DNA from: Chiloscyllium plagiosum
Taxonomy: Eukaryota
Assembly: GCF_004010195.1 (NCBI RefSeq)
Contig: NC_057719.1
Span: 80,273,220-80,337,219 of the forward strand
Length of the DNA stretch: 64,000 bases
Direction: 5' to 3'
A program made the position numbers and the translations under genes. Each line of letters begins with the position of its first letter. Position 1 is the first letter of the stretch. Below the pieces are notes generated by a model. It was not told the DNA's origin, ran no database searches, and saw nothing but the letters and a program-made list of their open reading frames with translations. Below are positions 51,560 through 63,350 of this stretch, one piece after another.

Positions 51560-51960
51560 TAGAGGTAGGAAACTCACAATATAAAACATTTCACAGTTTA
51601 TAGAAGTTTTTCTGATTTTTTTGTATCTCTTGTGTGTATTACCTCTAAGTTTTGTTTAATGAGAAGGAAGGGGATCTGTTAAACACATATCAATTGTGTT
51701 TAATTACATGCAATTGGAAGGTAATAATTGGGTACATATAAGGACATATTTGTATTTTGATTTAACCCCTGCCCTCCCCTTCACTGTTTGATCACGCAGC
51801 ATTGCCCTTTGATGAGAAGGGCATTGCTTGTCACTGGCCACTCAGGTATTTCCTTTCTTTGTGGTGGTGGAATATAAATAAAGATTTACACACTTGTTGT
51901 TTTTCACTGCGTCCGACACATGACACGGAAAAAAAAGATAAAGAAAAGAAAACAAAAGAA
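51560..51960 (+). mobile_element. Poly(A)-tailed non-LTR retrotransposon 3'UTR (Tx1/L1-like)
   Basis: Stem-loop at 51799-51827, AATAAA at 51877-51882, A-rich tail at 51929-51960. Clade is inferred from the tail type and the 5' boundary is uncertain. Confidence 0.55.
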
Positions 51961-52438
51961 AGAGGAGTGTCGGGGCTTCTGCTCACTCTGAGAGCTGGTT
52001 CTGAGAGAGAGAAAAAAAGAAGCATCAGAGGTTCTGTGGGAAAAAAAAGGACGCATTCATTTAAATTGTGTACGACTGAGTTAGGAAGTATTTGCTTGTA
52101 ATGCTTCATTCCGTAAATAAATATAACCCCAAACAAAGATTGGCTCCAGTATTCCAGCTGGCTTTCTAAGCAATAGCATTTACCCTCTGGAAAGCAAGCC
52201 CCTAAGTATCAAATAGATCAACCCATCTCTTGCCTGTCCATCAGAGTCGTGTGATGTAACAACCCATTACTTAGCTACCGTGTTGTTTCTGAATTTTTTT
52301 GTTTAACATCGTTCCTGTCTGACTGTTTCCTCCCGAATGTCCTCAGTCATCAATACCCCCATCTGTTCCCCTCAGTCAGTTGTAACCCCTCAGGGCTTAC
52401 AAATATATAATCTACTTTGGAGATTGATAATAGGCAAG

Positions 52439-53249
52439 CATAGAGTCATAGAAATGTACAACAAAGAAACAGACCCTTCAGTCCAACTCATCCAAGATAT
52501 CCTTAATTAACCTAGTCCATTTGGCAGTATTTGGCCCATATCCCTCTAAACCCTTCCTATTCATTTACCCATCCAGATGCCTTTTAAATGTTGTAATTGT
52601 ACCAGCCTCCACCATTTTCTCTGGCAGCTCATTCCATATATACACTATGCTCTGCATGAAAACGTTACTTCTTAAGTCCCTTTTAAATCTTTCTCCTCTC
52701 ACATTAAACCTATGCCCTCTAGTTCTGGACTCCCTCGACCCCAGGGAAAAGACCTTGTCTATTTATCCTATCCATGCTCCTCATGATTTTATAAACCTCT
52801 ATAAGGTCACCCCTCAGTCTCCAATGCTCCAGGGAAAACAGCCCCAGCCTATTCAGCCTCTCCCTATAGCTCAAACCCTCCAACCCTGGCAACATCCTTG
52901 CAAATCATTTTTGAACCTTTTCAAGTTTCACAACATCCTTCCTATAGCAAGGAGACCAGAATTGAATGTAGTATTCTAAAAGTGGCCTAACTAACGTCCT
53001 GCACAGCCGCAACATGACCTCCCATCTCCTATCCTCAATGCACTGACCAATAAAGGAAAGCAAACCAAATACCTTCTTCACTATCCTGTCTAATTGTGAC
53101 TCCACTTTCAAGGAGCTATGAAGCTGCACTCCAAGGTCTCTTTGTTCAGCAACACTCAATAGGACCTTACCATTAAGTGTATAAGTCCTGCCCTGATTTA
53201 CCTTCCCAAAATGCAGCACTTCATATTTATATAAATTAAACTCCATCTG
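52439..53249 (-). mobile_element. CR1 3' portion
   Basis: ORF 52905-53246 QRDLGVQLHSSLKVESQLDRIVKK; reverse tail CATAGAGTCATAGA. Confidence 0.93.
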
Positions 53250-53556
53250 TTTTAACCCCCTCCACCCCTACACCCTGTTACGTGCCATTAAGTACATAGA
53301 TCTCTTTAGTTTAAACCTTTTGCCCAGACTGACATCAATCCTGTTAGATATCTACCCTGAAGGAGGTGAAAGGTGAACAGGCAACTAAGTGTAATTGTTC
53401 ATATGCATTGGTAATGCAAGACTGGATAGCATGCTGATATCCCATATATTCCACCTAATACAAATCTCCCCTCAGTCTCTAGCCTCTATTGGGTAGAGTA
53501 AGTATTCTAAGATCACGTCAGTTCATTATTCACACGATTTTTCATATCTCCTCAGT

Positions 53557-54891
53557 CTGGCTCAAAGGTAGAAGACAGAGGGTGATGATGGAGGATTGTT
53601 TTTCAGATTGGAGGCCTCTTACCAGTGGAGTGCCATAAGGATCAGTGCTGAGTCTACTACTTTTTGTCATTTATATAAATGATTTGGATGTGAGCTTAAG
53701 AGGTACAGTTAGTAAGTTTGCAGATGACACCAAAATTGGAAGTGAAATGGACAGCGAAGAAGGTTATCTCAGATTACAACAGGATCTTGATGAGCTAATG
53801 GGCTGAGGAGTGGCAAATGGAGTTTAATTTGGATAAATGCGAGGTGCTGCATTTTGGTGCTACAGGTTAACTGTAACAATTGGTGTCAGCCCAGATAAGT
53901 TGTTCAGATATTGAAGGTGTTAGCCCCCGTGTCCTGTTGTCTGTACCATAATGTTTAGACTGATTCAAATCTAAAAACATGGATTCATGCAGTTTTTGAG
54001 CAAAGTACAATGTAACTCTACAAGTACAAATTGACCCCACAAATGTATATGTGTGTACGTGCATGAGGGTTTGTGTGTGTGTGTATCTGTCTGTCTGTCT
54101 GGGGTGGGGGATTGTGAGTGTGAGAGAGAGTGTATACGTGTGTGTGTGTATGTGTGAGTGTAAAGTATCTAAGTCTGTGAGAGGATGGATGTGTGAGTGT
54201 GGGACTGTGTGTGTCTGTAGGAGTGTGTGCCAGGGATAGGGAGTTGTGAGTGTCTATGAGAGAGAGTGTATATGTGTGTGTGTGAGTGTAAAGTCTGTGA
54301 GAGGATGCATGTGTGAGTGGGGGGGGGTGTGTGTCTGTAGGAGTGTGTGGGACTAGCAGCGAAAAGTGGCCGAGCAGAGACTGATAGCTAAGTTCCATAC
54401 CCATAGGGAGGGCCTTGACTGGGACCTTGGGGCCAGGGTTGGAGGATTTGAGCTATAGGGAGATGCTGAATAGGCTGGGGCTATTTTTCCTGAAGCGTCG
54501 GAGGTTGAGGGGTGACCTTATAGAGGTTTATAAAATCATGAGGGGCATAGATAGTGTAAATAGACAAGGTATTTTCCCTGGAGTGGGGGAGTCCAGAACT
54601 GGTGGGCATAGGTTTAGGGTGAGAAGGGAAAGATAAAAAAGAGACCTAAGGGGCAACTTTTTCATGGAAAGGGTGGTGTGTGTCTAGAATGAGCTGCCAG
54701 AGGAAGTGGTGGAGGCTGGTACAATTGCAACATTTAAGAGGCATTTGGATGGGTATATGAATAGGAAGGGTTTGGAGGGATATGGGCCGGGTGCTGGCAG
54801 GTGGGACTAGATTGGGTTGGGATATCTGATCGGCATGGACAGGTTGGACCGAAGGACCTGTTTCCATGCTGTACATCTCTATGACTCTATG
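53557..54891 (+). mobile_element. CR1 LINE whose middle is replaced by a Penelope fragment
   Basis: Matches 24100-24394, then resumes at the equivalent of about 24711. Confidence 0.9.
53858..54431. mobile_element. Penelope family-2 fragment: inverted (GT/GA)-rich 3'UTR plus ORF end
   Basis: 54357-54431 reads QRKVAEQRLIAKFHTHREGLDWDLG (GIY-YIG C-terminus-like). The assignment of the TG-rich part as 3'UTR is from recall. Confidence 0.65.
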
Positions 54892-55710
54892 GCTCTTTCC
54901 TTGTCAAGTCCAGGCTGGCTAGAAGCTTCTGGGAATGTATGCACCAAATGTATCCTTGTTTGACCTTCTTCAACTTTCATTAGCTTTGTTGTCAACCTGG
55001 TATTAAAATTAAATTATGTTGAAATCAGTAACTCCTGATTGCACCGGGAAATAAAATTACAAATCATTTACATAATATTTGTTTATATTAAAGGATGTTC
55101 TAACTGCACAAGTATTTAATTAGTGCTGAGAAGAAGGTTTTTCAATCAATCTGTTTTAATACCCTTTGTGTACGACCTTTGAATGGACATAACCTGAAAA
55201 AGCTCGAAGTGATAGCTGTGCAATGACTTTCAGCAAAATGGTCAATTTATTTGCTTCTAATGGAAGGTTGGGTGTCTTCATCATTTTAAGTGCCAGCCTC
55301 AAACATTTGTGGTGCAAGTATATAATACAATGGATTAGATATGGAGTAATGTGTCCTAAATACTGTCCCTTCAAATACTGGGTGCAACACTTGTTGGTCA
55401 TATCGAAAGTAAACTGAAAAACTTGCATTTATATAATGCTTTTCATTATCACTGGATATTTCAATGCACTTTACAGTTAAATAAGTGCTTTTTAAAGAGT
55501 AGTCACTGTTACAAAGTCTAATGTTCCATGTTGGTTATCTATGAGAGTAGGGTTATTAAAGAGTGCAAGAATTTTGGTTAGCAGTGTTCAAATATAATAA
55601 ATACTAACCATGTAAGGAACAATAATTTGTCTCTATCCTGTGGTTGGTCAAAGCAGCAATCTCTTGGTAGTCATATGATTGCATACCACTTCCCCAGCAT
55701 ATTGTAGATG

Positions 55711-56322
55711 GGTGGGTTAGCACTGCTACCTCACAACACCTAGGACTGGGTTCACTTCCAACCTCAGGTGACTGTTTGTGTGGAGTTTGCACATTCTCCC
55801 TGTGCCTGTGTGGGTTTCCTCCCACAGTCCAAAGATGTGGGACTTTGGGCGGCACAGTGGCACAGTGGTTAGCACTGCTGCCTCACAGCGCCAGAGACCC
55901 GGGTTCAATTCCCGCCTCAGGCGACTGACTGTGTGGAGTTTGCACGTTCTCCCCGTGTCTGCGTGGGTTTCCTCCGGGTGCTCCGGTTTCCTCCCACAGT
56001 CCAAAGATGTGCAGGTTAGGTGAATTGGCCATGGGAAATTGCCCGTAGTGTTAGGTAAGGGGTAGATGTAGGGGTATGGGTGGGTTGCGCTTCGGTGGGG
56101 CGGTGTGAACTTGTTGGGCCGAAGGGCCTGTTTCCACACTGTAAGTAATCTAATCTAATCTAATGTGCAGGTTAGATGGACTGAGTTGCCCATAGTATCC
56201 ATGGATGTGCAAGCCCAGTGGATTAGCCATGGGAAATGCAGGGATAGCGTGGGTCTGGGTTGATGCTCTTTGGAGAGGTCAGTGGGCTGCCTCCCTCCAC
56301 CCTGTAGGGACTGTTAATGATT
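55711..56322 (+). mobile_element. Older HE1 SINE with a young HE1 (55847-56163) nested in its V-domain
   Basis: The outer copy breaks at AAAGATGTG and resumes at ATGTGCAGGTTAG. Confidence 0.92.
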
Positions 56323-56434
56323 TAGATACATATTAACCCTTTGTGCTATATCTCCATAAAGCCTCCAACTCTAGCTGTGACATTTCACCTTATTATTTAC
56401 ATCTCCCCTCAGTCTCTAACCTCATGTTTGATTC

Positions 56435-56542
56435 AGAGATAGTGAGGACTGCAGATGCTGGAGATCAGAGACGAAGAGTGTGGTGCTGGAAAATCACAGC
56501 TGGTCAGGCAGCATCCTGCTTTTCCAGCACCACACTGTTCGA
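56435..56542 (-). mobile_element. Collapsed Penelope pLTR hairpin with the hammerhead deleted
   Basis: GTGTGGTGCTGGAAAA and TTTTCCAGCACCACAC arms; TSD CTCATGTYTGATTC (56421-56434 and 56543-56556). Confidence 0.82.
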
Positions 56543-56896
56543 CTCATGTCTGATTCGTAGAGGTAACTGTTGTGGCAGTTTTACCAGTCTACCTGACTCA
56601 GTTCTCAGCTGGCTTGGAGGAGGTGGAGCTTCCTCCCAACTTCTCTCCAATTCTGTTGGGCCGAGCAAACATTGTAAGATCTCAGCAGTTCGTTATTCAG
56701 GCCATCTTTCAGGTCTCTTGATCAGATGGACTCCATAGAAGATCCAGTCCTTGGAGAAATGAACGCAGACCTGCTTCTGTACATTGTTGCATGTTCTATC
56801 TCCACAGGAGAGGATCGCAGATGAAGCGTTTTCTGAAAAGCTTGGCCTTGACTATTTTGATTGTGAATCCACATTGAGTGTCCAACCTGGAGAGCT

Positions 56897-57196
56897 GATT
56901 AGATTAGATTCCCTACACTGTGGAAACAGGCCCTTTGGGCCAACCAGTCCACACCAACCCTCCGAAGAGTAATCCACTCAGACCCATTTCCCTCTGACTA
57001 ATGCACCTAACACTCTGGGCAATTGAGCATGGCCAATTCACCTGACCTGCACAGATTTGGACTGTGGGTGGAAACCCACACAGACACGGGGAGAAGGTAC
57101 AAGCTCCACACAGGCAGTATCCTGAGTCTAGAATTGAACCAAGGGTCCCTGGTGCTGTGAGGCAGCAGTGTTAACCACTGAGCCACCGTGCCGCCC
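56897..57196 (-). mobile_element. HE1 SINE
   Basis: (GATTA)n tail, reverse V-domain and head. Confidence 0.92.
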
Positions 57197-57299
57197 TAGC
57201 TAGTAGTTTGTGTGCAGTGCAGTGATGATTGTAAGTCTATACTGATTGAAATGGTACTCATCATCCTCCTCCCTTATGTTGTCCAAACGTGCTGCTGTG

Positions 57300-59060
57300 A
57301 CGCATAGTGTAAGTATATTCAAAGAGTAGGAAATAGATTCTGCGGGCTATTTTGTATCAAAAGTGTGCATGGACAGGTTGACGTTATTGTTTTTTATTCA
57401 ATAAAGCCTTTATCTTCTTCACTCCCCTTTTGGGCCTTGCCACTAGCCTATCTTGGTGAGCTAGTCCTGAAAGATTCGACGAAATATCCATTAGAAAAAT
57501 TTGGGCCCTTTGAAATGACCAGGAACCCCATGTGCAACAAAATTCTCTTTCAACAATGGCAGCTCCCGGGTTCTGGTGATGTTATCTCTACCACCTTGAA
57601 TAGCAACCAAGTTCTATCAAAAAGGTCTTTCCACAGAGTTCAAAATGGTCCAACCTGAGATCTGTCCATCGTCTAGACATGAGCGAAGGTGCCATCAGTG
57701 ATTCCCTTAATTCTTGCCAATGGATAGCACACATGATGCCATTGAACATCATCTGCGCCAATGACTGTGAGAAGCCTGCCTACCAAATGGTCTTTTGCGC
57801 TCTGACAAGACACTAAGTGATGCTTCAGTGACCCTGGTGTAACCTCTGAAGTACAGTGAGTCTTAGGATACTAGATGTCACCTCTCTCTCGTCATAATGC
57901 AGCAAGATTTCCACAGCAAATAGATGTCTTCATTGCTTAAAATATTGCCTCAGATTATCACTGTGCAGAATATATTCTGTTCACCCAGTGATGGATTTGA
58001 GCACATTCTTCACCTGACTCTTCTAATTTAAACATTGTGTTGTTGCTGGTTGGTACTTGTCATTAGTGAAGTGACGGTCTCAGTGAGGAAAAATCATCTT
58101 CAGGCTGTCTTCAGGCTTTGTGACAGGAATAAGTAATGATGCATTTCCTGTTGTTTGCTTCTCCCCTTCACATATTCAATTCAAATCTCTTCGGGTTTAA
58201 AATCTCTTCATGGCATCTTTGGTCATTCTTTCATACTCAATGGAAAAAGCCAAAGTTATGTGGGTATGCTTTTATTATAAACCAAATGCCCAGGAGGTAG
58301 TTTGCAAGCATGTCCGGTTGGCAGCGAAAGCCTCTTTTTTTGATAACTGCATGCTCGTTTGTTCTTTTTCAGTCAAAGAATGAGATGCACGAGGAAGTGG
58401 TCTACCTTTACCATTCCTCTGCATCAGAAAAGGCACGGCTCCCGATCCAATCGAAGATGCATCTGTGGCAGCAATCGTGGGCAGTTCTGAATCATCGTGA
58501 AACAATATGTCTGCTATTATGAACATTTCTGTGATCCTTTCTAAGAATAGCTTTTGGCCTTTTGCTCAGCGCGAAGACTGGCCTTGCTGTAGCAACTGCT
58601 GTAATGGTCCATTCGCATTTTGGATAAAAGCTCTGGCCTACCCGATTTACCATTCCCAAAAATCACTGGAGCTCCTGACAGTTTGGGGAGAGAGAAATTC
58701 TTTAATTGCTCAGATTTTCTTAGAATCGGGTCTGATTACAAATGCATACAAAATGTGCCCAAGAAACGTAACAGTCGATTATAAGAGTTACATTTGTTGG
58801 TGAGGGAGTAAGCCTTGCTTCCTGTAGCATTGTTGCACAGCTGTCACTCTGACATCATGCTTTGTTTCAATGGAACCAAGGATTAGGACAGCATTTATAT
58901 GGCACGTTATTCCCTCCAATCCATCCAGGATACTTGTCATCCACTGAAACATCTCTGGTACAGATGCGAGACCAAAGGATAGTCGATTTAAACATTGCCT
59001 CCCAAGTGATATGGTGGAGTTTGTAAGTAATTTTTATTACTCCTCTCAAGGTAGTTGTCA
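57300..59060 (-). pseudogene. Decayed Gypsy pol (RT-RNase H-integrase)
   Basis: PTIAATDASSIGSGAV...PLPRASHSLTEKE, VTFLGHIL and FVAHGVP motifs. Confidence 0.72.
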
Positions 59061-59116
59061 AAAGTCACTATTTGCAATCTGACTGACATTGGGCTCTTTT
59101 TGAACTTTGTAGCGTC

Positions 59117-59395
59117 CCATTAAACACTCCAAGGGCAGATACAGCATGGGACTACATACAGAGTAAAGCTCCTTCTGTGCTGTCCCATCACACACTCCCA
59201 GGGTAGTTATAGCGTGCGGTTACAAACAGAGTAAGGTTCCCTATACATTGACCCCAGAGCAAGTACAGCATGGAGTTACTTACAGAGAAAAGCTCTCTCT
59301 ACACCATCCCATCAAAAACTCCCAGGGCAGGTACAGTATGGGGATACAAACAGAGTAAAGCCATCTCTCCACCATTCCATCAAACATTCCCAGAT
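59117..59395. repeat. ~68-bp tandem repeat, about 4 diverged copies
   Basis: Unit CCCATCAAACACTCCCAGGGCAGGTACAGCATGG...ATACAGAGTAAAGCTCC. Confidence 0.85.
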
Positions 59396-59479
59396 CGAGG
59401 ATGAGCAAAGTGGTCTGATGTCAAAACACTGCACAAAATCCACAGTGTTTCCACATGTATATACATTACTCACTGAGGT

Positions 59480-60010
59480 AGATGCCAGGAAATGGAGGAG
59501 CCCATTTCGCCACTTGAGCATGTTCCCTCATTCAACAGAATCACAGCTGATTTGTGCCTAGCTTTATACACCCATTTATGTCCCCTTTCTCATAGTGACT
59601 TCAGTTAATGGAAATCTGTTAATCTCAGATTTTAAAAGAAGAATGAACCAAGCATCAACTGTTTTATGCTAAAGAGTTACTAATGTCTATACTCTTCGTG
59701 GGAAGTGCTGTAACCACACATGAATTGTTAATTTTTAGCTTCCTGGATTTCCCAACCAGTGGAAACAATTTCTGTCTCTCTAACCTATCTGTACTACCTT
59801 TATATACTTAAAACTTAACAGAGCAACCAATAATGTTCGAAATTCCATAGAATATAACCCTTGTGTATTACTTTGTCTTTGAGATTGACAACTTGGAACT
59901 TGCATGACATTCCTGTAAATCTACATTTACACTCCCTCTAATGTCAGTATATTCAGCCGAAGGTCAAAGATTGAGCATACCATTATTTGAGTTGTAGTAG
60001 TATGGATTTA
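59480..60010 (-). mobile_element. Very old CR1 3' portion
   Basis: CCCAACCAGTGGAAACAATTTCTGTCTCTCTAACCTATC and a reverse tail near 59490. Confidence 0.5.
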
Positions 60011-60917
60011 TAACACTGGGCAAATAGAGTTACATTACTAAACTAGCAATCTAGATGTCTTGTTCAGGGGACATGAACACAGTAGTTGAGGGATTTAAGC
60101 TCAGCAAATCAACTAAATTCAGAATTTAAAAGAAACTTAGCATAAATAATGGTGACTGGATAGTCAAATCAACCCTACCTCATTCACTAATGCACTTGTT
60201 ACTCAACCAGGATCCTGTAAATAGGTAAATAATTTGCCCTCTATTCCATAAGTTACAACTTTACGAGTGGTTTCTTAAGAGGTACACTGAAATACTCTCT
60301 TGATCTCAATGTAATTCTGGACAAATAAATGTCCATGATTCTGTCCCTATCCATGATTCCATCTCCATCTTCAAAATAGTTCATTTAGGTTCAATGGGCA
60401 TGACACATCCATGTTTACTGTCTGATATCAGCTGAAAGTTTTCAAGGTTTACCACCTTTCCATTGCGAATTATGCATTCTAGTAATTTTCTGATAACAGA
60501 TTAAACTAACTGACCCACAATTCTATTCTTTTCCTCTCGCACCTTTCTTAAATGACAGACTGACTCTTGCCACTTTTGGTTCCTTGTGCAAATGTGCCAT
60601 CTCTGTTCCTGATCAAAAGCCAGAGTGTCCCATGAGTTGGGTGTGGTTGCTCTCTTTGGGGCTGTCTTGAGGACATTTCTGCTGTCCTGCCGGGGGTGTC
60701 CTGACACAAGTGATTTCTGAGTAGAGCAGTTCCTATGGGGTGTGATGTGGTTTTATTTTGGATTGAAGACAGTGTTGGTTGTAGAGTTTCCCCTTTGTTC
60801 TATGAGCCATGAGTTGTTGATGTGCTTGCAAGTTACTTTGCCACAGTAACAATTTAAGATACATGCACTGATATGGCGCTCTTGGGAATCACCCGGCCAT
60901 TCCTATTGTACAAAGCA

Positions 60918-61048
60918 GAGTGCTTTACTGTCAGAGGGTTAGTACTGAGGGACTGCTGCATTGCTGGAGTGTCAGTAGTGAGGGAGGGCCATACTGTTGG
61001 AGGATTAATACTGAGGGAGTGCTTCAGTGTTGGAGGTGCCATCTTTCT
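60918..61048. repeat. ~33-bp tandem repeat (TACTGAGGGAGTGCTGCACTGTCGGAGGGTCAG-like), 3-4 copies
   Basis: TACTGAGGGA, TAGTGAGGGA and TACTGAGGGA at 33-bp spacing. Confidence 0.8.
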
Positions 61049-62401
61049 CGCAATACAAAGACACAGTTTATCCTCCTTGATACGGATTTAAGCTGGGAAC
61101 TAAATGCAACTGAATATCAACAACCTTTAACAGCTTTACCTACATCCAAATGTTTCACTCACACCTCTATCTATCCCTGAGCTCCGAATTCTCTCTCCCA
61201 AATAATGCACTGATCACTTTGCTGTGTCCCCTTGTGAAACACCCATTATTTCCTTTGTATTGTTCAATTACTGCCCTTAAACCTGCCCTGCCACCACTCG
61301 AAGTGTCTTTAGTAAAACTTCCCAAACCACAACTTATAATTCTACCAGCCCCCAGGTAGCATTAGAGAATGGTGACTGGGTGGCACTCTAATTGCAAGGT
61401 CACCACACCGCAGGCTGGGGAAGATGTTGAGAAGGAAAGTCTGTACTTGGTAACCCCAACCATGCCAGTGCATCACAACTTAGTCACCTGAGCTAAACCG
61501 ACTCCTTTGCTACCTCTACAAATAATGGCAACCTTCAAAGCACCCCTCCAAAGTCACACATAGTCCTAACTCAGACATGTAAGACCTACTGTTCATCATT
61601 ACTGCTGAATGGAATCGCCTCCTTAAAAACACTGCAGGAACACTGCAGAAGGTAGTGACTGGAAAGCACTTCTCAATGGCAATGATGGATGGTTAATAAA
61701 TGTTGGCATTGTCAAAAATGCCCTCATCCTAAGAATCTTAAGTTTCAGTTCTTGTGTAATTCATTGGTAATGATTATCCTTCATTAGTACTCCTTTCACC
61801 GGCTTTAGTTATCAGAATCAACGAGACACATTTGTTCACCCAGAGTTGTCACCATTGAGAGATTTTCTCTGCTGCATTTTAATTAAAGTTCAACCAAGTG
61901 TGTCTACATTATGGACACTTGAGAGTTCAGGAACGACCAAAGATAATTTGTGAAAAATGTTATCATCAAAGACTTAATTTCTCAGTTGCATATTCCCCAC
62001 TGGTGGGTCACTTCCTCTGACAGCTATCAGATAGGACAGAGGGCAGCAGGCATTTGATGGGATGAAGGTTGCCTCCGGCATTTTGTGGAGCCTCTGGAAA
62101 ATGCATCCTCAGCAGTTTGAATCTTGCTCCCAGAGGGAACAAGCAAAAATGCAAAGTGGTTCAGACGCAATCTGTGGCAATCTCATTCAGAAAGGTGTGG
62201 AAAATGGAAATATCAGTCTGGTAGGTGCTTGCTGGGATACTGTGCATGGAGCTGGAGGCTGATACCCAATCCCCCGCTCCCCCTCACTTCCTGCAAAAAC
62301 CACTCCTTACCACCATACACATGCATAAATACATGTGGATCCCAGACACAAGCATGCATATGTATGTACGTGTCTGAAAACATATGCACATGGATGTAGA
62401 T

Positions 62402-62424
62402 ACACACACACACACACACACACA
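62402..62424. repeat. (CA)n microsatellite
   Basis: Direct read. Confidence 0.95.
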
Positions 62425-62759
62425 ATCTGCCCGCCACTAATTGTGGACATTGCCTGCTGAATCTACCAATATGGAAGGAATATTATGCCAACTTGAGTAC
62501 TTTGTGCTGATATTGGAGAAAAATGTTGCAATGTCAAGTATGTAATGAGAAAAGGTTGCCCAGAGGTAGACGGATAAGCGGTGTGCTAAGTAAATTCTGA
62601 AAACTAATGGTTCTGACATGGTGCAGAACCTGATTCCTGTGCCTTTCATTGACTGTGTGAATAATCTCATTTTCGTTCTTTGACAAGTTGTTCCTGGTGG
62701 AAAGGAAGGGAGCAGTGTAGCTGGCAGCCAGCTCATACATCATCAGGAGAACAAGCCAC

Positions 62760-63350
62760 CAGCATTCCTGGAAACATGACAGTAAAATTTAAAATAGATT
62801 GAAGATTACAACATTAGAGCATTCACAAAATATTGATTGCCTGTCGGAGGTACAATAATTATGAGGTCATCGATTTGGGTGGGGAATTTATTGGAGACAG
62901 CAATTAGCAAACATAAAGTTGAATTTCTGCATAAATGTAGTTAACAAGGTCCAAAAGAGGCCTTTTCATGTTTCCATATTCAATTGACCTTCCTCTCTAT
63001 GGACCCAGACTTTACTGCTTGGCGTAGCTAATTGGTGATTTAATTGTGTATGAATTTGTCCCCATACGCATTAATGTGTTGAATCAAACAGGCAATAAAG
63101 ATGCATCATTTTCTTTTCTATCACGTTTTCTCTTTTCTCTCTCGAGAACACGTCCCCATAGCACTTTCCAAAATGACCTTACTTTGTGCATGACCTCAAA
63201 ATGGGAATGCCTGTGGATTTCTGAAACATATTGCTGTTCGAATGTGAGTGACGTTGCCAGGGATTGCATTATTTCCCTGCTTTCGTTGCCCTTGAGAGGT
63301 CAATGATGAGTCAGTCTTTGCGTGTAATAGGGTCATTTACAGTGCGTTAG
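62760..63350. promoter_or_regulatory. Candidate enhancer with clustered nuclear-receptor half-sites
   Basis: No recognisable repeats. AGGTCA/TGACCT at 62864, 62985, 63174, 63191 and 63297, GGGTCA at 63330, AP-1 TGAGTCA at 63307. Confidence 0.35.

Noticed and set aside
54018..54404. His/Thr-rich protein
   Set aside because: Translation of CA-rich low-complexity sequence within a retroelement.
56808..56896. Exon after acceptor-like TCTCCACAG
   Set aside because: No donor before the SINE, unrecognised peptide, lies among decayed repeats.
59117..59395. CRISPR-like array
   Set aside because: Whole units repeat with no unique spacers, there are no cas genes, and the context is vertebrate.
63147..63243. 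Exon bounded by a pyrimidine tract and GTGAGT
   Set aside because: Acceptor is the rare GAG and the peptide is unrecognised; an enhancer reading fits at least as well.
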